This document shows, piece by piece, positions 58,385 through 64,000 of a stretch of DNA of 64,000 bases. Position 1 is the stretch's first letter, and every line of letters begins with the position of its first letter. The position numbers and the translations under genes were made by a program. Location of the stretch: positions 69,896-133,895 of the forward strand of contig SKSD01000010.1 of the NCBI GenBank assembly GCA_007118145.1. The letters run 5' to 3'. Below the pieces are notes generated by a model. It worked only from the letters and a program-made list of their open reading frames with translations, was not told the DNA's origin and ran no database searches. The stretch comes from Halobacteriales archaeon (GTDB lineage: Archaea > Halobacteriota > Halobacteria > Halobacteriales > SKSH01).

Positions 58385-59557
58385 TCATCGAGGTAACAAT
58401 GATGTCGCTGGAGAAGATTTCTGTGTTGTTCCCTTCACGTTCAGACACTCTTTGCCCTCGATAATCACGCGTTCTACGGTTGATGTCGGGTGGGCATCGA
58501 CGATGATGACATCACCACGAAATCCCGGAACAATCTTTCCCCTAGCTGTGAGCCCGACAGCCTCAGCGGGATTGGATGTGACCCGAGCCACCCTCTCTGG
58601 GAGCGATCCCTCAGATCCGATGAAGATGGATGCCAGTAGCGAAGGTGGATGATAATCTGAAGCAAGAATGTCGACGACACCCTCATGTACCGCCCGCTCG
58701 GCGGCAAGATTGTCCCAGAGACTTCCACCACGGACGAAGTTTGGAGCACCCATCACGGTGAACAATCCCTGGTCCCTCGCTGCTGTCGCTGCTTCCATTG
58801 TCGTGGGGAACTCGCAAACTGATATGCCGAAGTCTGCCATGGAAGCGACCTGTTCAGCCGTGTCATCATCATGAGAAGCGAGTGGAATGTCCCTGGCCAA
58901 GGCCTGTGATGCGATCAGGTCAACCACTGAGTCATGCATGCTCGACTGGAGTGATTGACGTCTTGCCACCAGTTGCTCGAGCTTGACCACATCACCTCTA
59001 CCTTGGTATTGAAACCGTTGTGCAAACGAACTTGTATCAGGGTATTGTGCTCCACCTGGTTTGTGGTGCATGAGCGATACAAGATCGGGATCCACCTCAT
59101 TGAACACGGCTTCAACTGTGGCCGAATCCATGCTCGAGAGCTCACAACGTGCATGGACTCGATTGTCAGTAAGCAAGCTCGTCGACGTTCTTATGGCCCG
59201 AGAAAGAGTGAATGCAGAATCGATAGTTCGCTGTTCAGCAGGTGTATCCTCGAACGCGATAGCATGGAATTTGGTGGTGATCCCCTGAAGGATATTCACC
59301 CGATCTGCAGCCGTGACGGCAATCTGAGGATCTACCTCTGCATTTTCTCTTGGATGAATCTCTCGTTCGATATCATCACCGTGGATATCGACAAGCCCTG
59401 GGAGTACATACGAACCTTGAGCATCGATGATGGTATCGTCAGTAAATGGGACTTGCTGACCTACCTGTGTGATGATGCCATCTCTGATAACGACCTCACC
59501 CTGTTGCACGATATCATCCGGGGTGACAACACGCCCATTGACGATCTTCATTGCCAT
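58385..59557 (-). CDS. PhnM-like amidohydrolase (alpha-D-ribose 1-methylphosphonate 5-triphosphate diphosphatase family)
   Basis: Blocks shared with E. coli PhnM as I remember it: GLVDIHGDDIE, VSLMHHKPG, LASHDDD, CEFPTTMEAA, MGAPNFVRGGS, LASDYHPPSLL. Trimmed to the ATG at 59557. Confidence 0.8.
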   Translation of the reverse strand: MAMKIVNGRVVTPDDIVQQGEVVIRDGIITQVGQQVPFTDDTIIDAQGSYVLPGLVDIHGDDIEREIHPRENAEVDPQIAVTAADRVNILQGITTKFHAIAFEDTPAEQRTIDSAFTLSRAIRTSTSLLTDNRVHARCELSSMDSATVEAVFNEVDPDLVSLMHHKPGGAQYPDTSSFAQRFQYQGRGDVVKLEQLVARRQSLQSSMHDSVVDLIASQALARDIPLASHDDDTAEQVASMADFGISVCEFPTTMEAATAARDQGLFTVMGAPNFVRGGSLWDNLAAERAVHEGVVDILASDYHPPSLLASIFIGSEGSLPERVARVTSNPAEAVGLTARGKIVPGFRGDVIIVDAHPTSTVERVIIEGKECLNVKGTTQKSSPATSLLPR

Positions 59558-60229
59558 GCCTACGATCCCCGCTCCTTGCCTGATTCCACAAGAGAGCAAT
59601 GCACATCAACTATCGAAAGCGAACGAGGAGGAGGGATGACGGCTACTGAGCCAACTTGCATACTAACGTGTGAGTCGTGAGCATGGTTTTGTTATTTCAC
59701 ACCTATTAGGGTATTGACTGATCCATCGACACGTAGATGCTCTGCCCCAAGCGTCTTATTTCGGACCCACTCGTCGTCAGTATCATGGGGAGTATCGAGG
59801 AATGAAACGCCCTGAGTAGAGAGATACATTTGGATTCAGCATATACCGAACCGCAGTATTAAATCATACTGACAATTCAATTCACTCGGTAGATATACAA
59901 AGTTCGCGGGATACGTTTGCACCCGGTCAGCAAAATTATATGTAACTATCTGATTATTGATACTAAAACGATGGGACTCTCACGTTCACCGCCAACCAGA
60001 TTCGACTATAATATTATCCTACACCGACAGGTTTCATAGATTTCAATTCAGATTTCTTAGTAATTCGTCGTCTATATCGAGATTATTCGCACATGAAACG
60101 GACTCGATGATCCAATGTAAATTAATCGAATGTTTATATATCAAGATTGTGTGAGGATTGATCGCCATAGCATTCTACCGGTTATCGCCGTTGTAATTAT
60201 ATGAGTTCCAGTCTAGGTTATGTGGTACC

Positions 60230-60877
60230 ATGGCGAGGATGGAGAGCTTACAGGCTACGGGGACGGGGGAAAAAGTGACAAACATATCGACAGGTAAATC
60301 GGTTAATGAAGAGATTCAGCAACCAGATCAGATTCCAAGTGAGATAGCCAAAATCGTCAACGGCAGGAGTGCATCCGAGGAATTGTCACTCGATGAGATA
60401 TTCGAGCTCCTCAAAAATGAACGAAGGCGCGAGGTGATCCGATACTTGCTTGAGGATGTCGACGGACATGCAACACTCAGCGAGCTCGCCGAACACATCG
60501 CTGCACTTGAAAACGAGATAGCAATCAATCAACTCTCATCAGACCAGAGAAAAAGGGTATACATCGGCCTCTACCAGTGTCACCTCCCAAAGATGGACGA
60601 GATGGGGACGATCGACTTCGATAAGAACCGGGGAACCATCGAGATCAATCATTCGTCGGTGTCCCAGCTACTTCCCTACCTTGAACGCCTTGGTCAAGAT
60701 ACAGCTCAGCGTCTACCTGTGCTTGAGCTCGCGATCACAGCTGGGGTGTTACTCGTACTCGTGTTCGCAATCAGTGGGATCGGCCCCTTGGCAGCACTCC
60801 CACCGGCGTCTTGGGCCGCCATCAGCACACTCGGATTGGTCACGGTGGCTCTGTACCAGGTGGTGAAAAGCGAGTGA
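60230..60877 (+). CDS. DUF7344-type wHTH protein with two C-terminal TM helices
   Basis: IFELLKNERRREVIRYLLEDVDGHATLSELAEHIAALE ... RVYIGLYQCHLPKMDEMGTIDFD, then LPVLELAITAGVLLVLVFAISGIG and WAAISTLGLVTVALY. Confidence 0.65.
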   Translation: MARMESLQATGTGEKVTNISTGKSVNEEIQQPDQIPSEIAKIVNGRSASEELSLDEIFELLKNERRREVIRYLLEDVDGHATLSELAEHIAALENEIAINQLSSDQRKRVYIGLYQCHLPKMDEMGTIDFDKNRGTIEINHSSVSQLLPYLERLGQDTAQRLPVLELAITAGVLLVLVFAISGIGPLAALPPASWAAISTLGLVTVALYQVVKSE

Positions 60878-61087
60878 GGGTCAGGCTCATCCCGAACCAC
60901 AGACAATTATTTCATATCATTGATACCAATATGTTATTGGTCATTTGAAGTATCACCCTCTCATCCTCAAGCCTCCAGCTACACATCCACAGACGAAATC
61001 GTCGAATCAAGGGCAATTAAAAAATTTGTAACAAATAGCTCATTCATCCGAGTATGTAGCTACCGGTAGCCATGGAGCACCCACCTA

Positions 61088-61615
61088 ATGTCGTCAAATA
61101 ACCGCCATTTTAACACTGATGAGATATTCGAGGTGTTAAGCAATCAGCGGCGGCGGAGGCTCATATATCTACTTTATGATACCTCAGAGCCGATGCATCT
61201 CGGTGATCTAGCCCGACAAATCGCCACTGCGGAGGAGGGAGCTCCGGTGAATGAAGAACAGTACAAAAGGTTGTACATCTCCCTCTATCAGACACATATA
61301 CCCAAGCTCGAGGAATACGGTATCGTGGAGTACGATCCTGAGAGCAAGCAAGTCCAACTCACCGAACGTGTTGACGAGTTATTCAGTGTATTCCACCAGC
61401 CATCGAACACCACGCGATGGTGGAAGTATTATGTGATCATCGCTGTCGTAAGTGCACTCATCATCGGTGGATATTGGGCCTTATTCACGGTCAATCGTAC
61501 CATCGCCGCCACCGTCTCGCTCATCCCGGTGATCCTGGTCACCATACTTGCACTGTATCATTACTGGAGTTGCCACAGACGAGAAACCTCCCCGCTTGAA
61601 CAGATGATCTCATAA
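61088..61615 (+). CDS. DUF7344-type wHTH protein with two C-terminal TM helices (paralog)
   Basis: IFEVLSNQRRRRLIYLLYDTSEPMHLGDLARQIATAE ... RLYISLYQTHIPKLEEYGIVEYD, then WWKYYVIIAVVSALIIGGYWALF and ATVSLIPVILVTILALY. Confidence 0.65.
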   Translation: MSSNNRHFNTDEIFEVLSNQRRRRLIYLLYDTSEPMHLGDLARQIATAEEGAPVNEEQYKRLYISLYQTHIPKLEEYGIVEYDPESKQVQLTERVDELFSVFHQPSNTTRWWKYYVIIAVVSALIIGGYWALFTVNRTIAATVSLIPVILVTILALYHYWSCHRRETSPLEQMIS

Positions 61616-61766
61616 CGAATCCGTTCGACCTGCGCCCCAGGGTAGTCAATGAATTACCGATGTGTCTATTATGTATTTTCTAACGTTGATAATACCAATA
61701 AACAGATAAGTTTTGATATTCATACTGAAAGGGGTGCCATGATATGTACCTGCCTGATACAGACTC

Positions 61767-62057
61767 ATGGCAGCACTCTTTGACCTCACCGGGTTCCAGC
61801 GTGACGTCTTGTACGTCATCTCGAAGGAGGATCGTCAACACGGTCAGAAGATCAAAGAGGAGCTGGAAAAGGAGATCGGAGAGATATCACGCGGACGTCT
61901 CTATCCGAACCTTGATGCACTCGTCAAAGCCGGTTATGTCTCAAAGGGTCGCATCGATCTCCGAACGAACTATTACAACCTGACTGAGTACGGGCGTGAG
62001 CAGTTGCGAGAACGCCGAAAGTGGGAATCTCAGTACATCAATTTCGACAAGCTGTGA
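61767..62057 (+). CDS. PadR family transcriptional regulator
   Basis: FQRDVLYVISKEDRQHGQKIKEELEKEIGEISRGRLYPNLDALVKAGYV is the PadR wHTH signature. Confidence 0.8.
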   Translation: MAALFDLTGFQRDVLYVISKEDRQHGQKIKEELEKEIGEISRGRLYPNLDALVKAGYVSKGRIDLRTNYYNLTEYGREQLRERRKWESQYINFDKL

Positions 62058-62185
62058 CACGCCGAGGGCTGCAACCAATCCCCTAGAGAGGTATCGAAGC
62101 GGTTGTTAAGCGTGAAGTAACAATCCCTTGTCCAAGCCACGTCTTCCCCGATGGCCAGTCGGAACCATTCCGGGGCAAGAGACTA

Positions 62186-63139
62186 ATGTCCGATTCACAG
62201 ACCGTTACACCATCCTATGACCTCATCCTGGTTGGTGTGTATGCGATTGCATCGTTAGGAATACAGGCATTACCGGAGGGTGCCATCTCACGTGTTCTGA
62301 TAGTGCTCCCACTGTTGTTTTTCATCCCTGGTTATCTCCTCGTGCTAGTGCTGTTTCCAGCGAAACACATCGGATCCACCACACACTGGAATCGCCTCGG
62401 ATTGTCCTCCGATCACTTGGGGCCGACCGAACGAGTCGCCCTTTCGTTCGGGTTCAGCATGATATTTCTCCCATTCTTTGCTATCATCATCTGGGAGATG
62501 GCTGGTGGGATCGATCCATTCGCTCTGAACTACCTTGTGACCAGCATACTCATCCTGTGTCTGATCGCATGGTTCAGACGCACACAGATCCCAGCTGAGC
62601 GACGATATATCCCAAACCCGCTCGGAACACTGAAGCGACTCAATACCCAGGTCGCTTCGAAACCTCGGGTTGAGCAGGTCTTCACTGTCTTACTGGCCTT
62701 GGCCATTGTTCTCGCTGTTGGGACGTTCGCACTCGCGATCGCATCACCGCAAGACGGTGAATCATATACAGAGTTCATTGTTGGAACGGGTGGCGAAGAG
62801 GAATTTACCGTCGCCGGTTACCCCACCACTGTCTCACCAAGTGATGACGTGACTTACAGCATCCTGATCGGGAATCACGAGGGCACAACGGTGGAATATG
62901 ATATCGATATCGAGGTACAGCGGGTCGAGGATGGTGAAGTAGTCGAACGAGTATCGGTCGATGCGTTCACGGTGGAGGTCGAGGCGGATGAGCAAACAAT
63001 CGAAGATCGCACCTTCGAGCCCACGTTGCAAGGAGAGGTGCGTATCATGTTTCAACTGAACATCGTGGACCACGAGTTTGACAGCGCTGACCAAGCACCA
63101 TACCGGTCAGTACATGTGTGGCTCACGGTGACCGATTGA
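62186..63139 (+). CDS. DUF1616-like membrane protein
   Basis: N-terminal TM cluster with LLFFIPGYLLVLVLFP, then a beta-rich C-terminal ectodomain. The family is common in archaeal surface-glycan loci. Confidence 0.65.
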   Translation: MSDSQTVTPSYDLILVGVYAIASLGIQALPEGAISRVLIVLPLLFFIPGYLLVLVLFPAKHIGSTTHWNRLGLSSDHLGPTERVALSFGFSMIFLPFFAIIIWEMAGGIDPFALNYLVTSILILCLIAWFRRTQIPAERRYIPNPLGTLKRLNTQVASKPRVEQVFTVLLALAIVLAVGTFALAIASPQDGESYTEFIVGTGGEEEFTVAGYPTTVSPSDDVTYSILIGNHEGTTVEYDIDIEVQRVEDGEVVERVSVDAFTVEVEADEQTIEDRTFEPTLQGEVRIMFQLNIVDHEFDSADQAPYRSVHVWLTVTD

Positions 63140-63405
63140 GCGTGTGGCGTCCTCCAATCGCTGAGCCGGTCAGCTCTAACGAGTTTGAGCTATGATCAGC
63201 ATGAGGCTATGTGGGAAATCAATGCGGCAATCGATACCCGATTCAACCTTCAGGTATCGAGGACTGTTAGGTTAGTTTGACCCAATACACATCAGGCGCC
63301 ATATAACAAAGGGTGAATCAGGGGTGGTTATCCTCGATTGACCATGTCGGGTGATACCACTGAATGTGACCTCAGGAACGCAGTGTCTCACAACGGTGAC
63401 CGCAC

Positions 63406-63996
63406 ATGACAGAGTACGTCGTCGGGAGCAACTGTCACATCGACGATGGCGTACAACTCGGTCACTCGTATGACCGATTTGGTGAACCAACGGTGATCGG
63501 TGATCGGGCGACTATCCGTTCTGGGACGATCATCTACGCATCGGCGACTGTCGGGGAAAAATTGGTGACCGGACACGGTGTACTCATCAGGGAGCGTACC
63601 TCCATTGGTGACGATGTACTGGTCGGTACATCCACCACCATCGACGGCTACACCACCATCGGTTCGCACGTGAGTCTCCAGACTGGCGTCTACATCCCTG
63701 CTGAAACCGAGATCGGTAACCGTGTCTTCCTCGGTCCGCATGCAGTCTTGACGAACGATCCGTACCCCGTCAGAAACGGCGATGACCGTGAACTGAACGG
63801 TCCAACCATCGAGAATGGGGTAACGGTTGGCGCGAATGCGACGATCCTCCCGGAGGTGACCATCGGGGAGGATGCATTCGTGGCTGCAGGGTCAGTCGTC
63901 ACCGACCATGTCCCCCCACGAACGCTTGCAATCGGCACGCCTGCAAAGCACCTCGCGTTACCACCCGAACTGCAGGGAGGTAATCTGATCGCATGA
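63406..63996 (+). CDS. hexapeptide-repeat (left-handed beta-helix) acyl/acetyltransferase
   Basis: Imperfect hexapeptide periodicity (IGDRATIRSGTIIY, IGDDVLVGTSTTIDG, IGSHVSLQTGVYI, IGNRVFLGPHAVL, VGANATILPEVTIGEDAFV). The next gene starts in an ATGA overlap at 63993 and runs off the window. Confidence 0.8.
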   Translation: MTEYVVGSNCHIDDGVQLGHSYDRFGEPTVIGDRATIRSGTIIYASATVGEKLVTGHGVLIRERTSIGDDVLVGTSTTIDGYTTIGSHVSLQTGVYIPAETEIGNRVFLGPHAVLTNDPYPVRNGDDRELNGPTIENGVTVGANATILPEVTIGEDAFVAAGSVVTDHVPPRTLAIGTPAKHLALPPELQGGNLIA

Positions 63997-64000
63997 TCTC

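Noticed and set aside
57798-60229. Long AT-rich spacers checked for a replication origin (ORB-like repeats), CRISPR repeats or IS terminal inverted repeats.
   Set aside because: Only short local near-palindromes such as TTGATTATATATCAA and a GATTTC-AATTCA-GATTTC repeat were seen. There are no regularly spaced repeats, no ORB-like G-rich motif and no adjacent orc1/cdc6 or cas genes.
1-64000. Search by eye of all spacers for tRNA, rRNA, RNase P, SRP RNA or riboswitch-like sequences.
   Set aside because: No cloverleaf-compatible segment or conserved RNA signature such as GAGGAAAGUCC was recognised. A proper tRNAscan/Infernal run is still needed to exclude them.

Overview
High-GC, acidic-proteome sequence typical of a haloarchaeal (class Halobacteria) chromosome. 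About 1-49.9 kb is core genome: an iron(III)/thiamine-type ABC importer, a menaquinone cluster (menB, menA, menC, menE) with hflX inside it, gatCA, tfb, a PiT phosphate transporter, purL, a beta-oxidation pair, sdhCDBA, a signal-peptidase/secreted-protein operon, sugar-nucleotide genes, ctaB, a halocyanin, a P-type ATPase, a RimK-type ligase and deoC. From about 49.95 kb to the end the sequence is visibly more AT-rich, with long AT-rich spacers. This looks like an accessory island carrying sugar/glycan enzymes, an orphan PhnM-like amidohydrolase, HalOD1, DUF7344-type and PadR regulators, a DUF1616 membrane protein and an acetyltransferase. I saw no rRNA, tRNA or CRISPR array. The most unusual signal is a family of non-coding elements that look like the 3-prime tail (omega-RNA-encoding part plus right end) of IS1341/IS605-type tnpB genes, although the window has no intact tnpB. 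There are two long co-linear copies (31794-32115 and 40985-41368) with conserved blocks and helices that tolerate G-U changes. There is also a possible third, inverted copy (41438-41800), a tnpB 3-prime pseudogene (51729-51945) and a solo tail (17585-17650). All functional calls come from motif recognition by eye and from recalled family features. No database search or computation was run. Start codons in this high-GC DNA are often ambiguous, and several ORF-track N-termini were trimmed.
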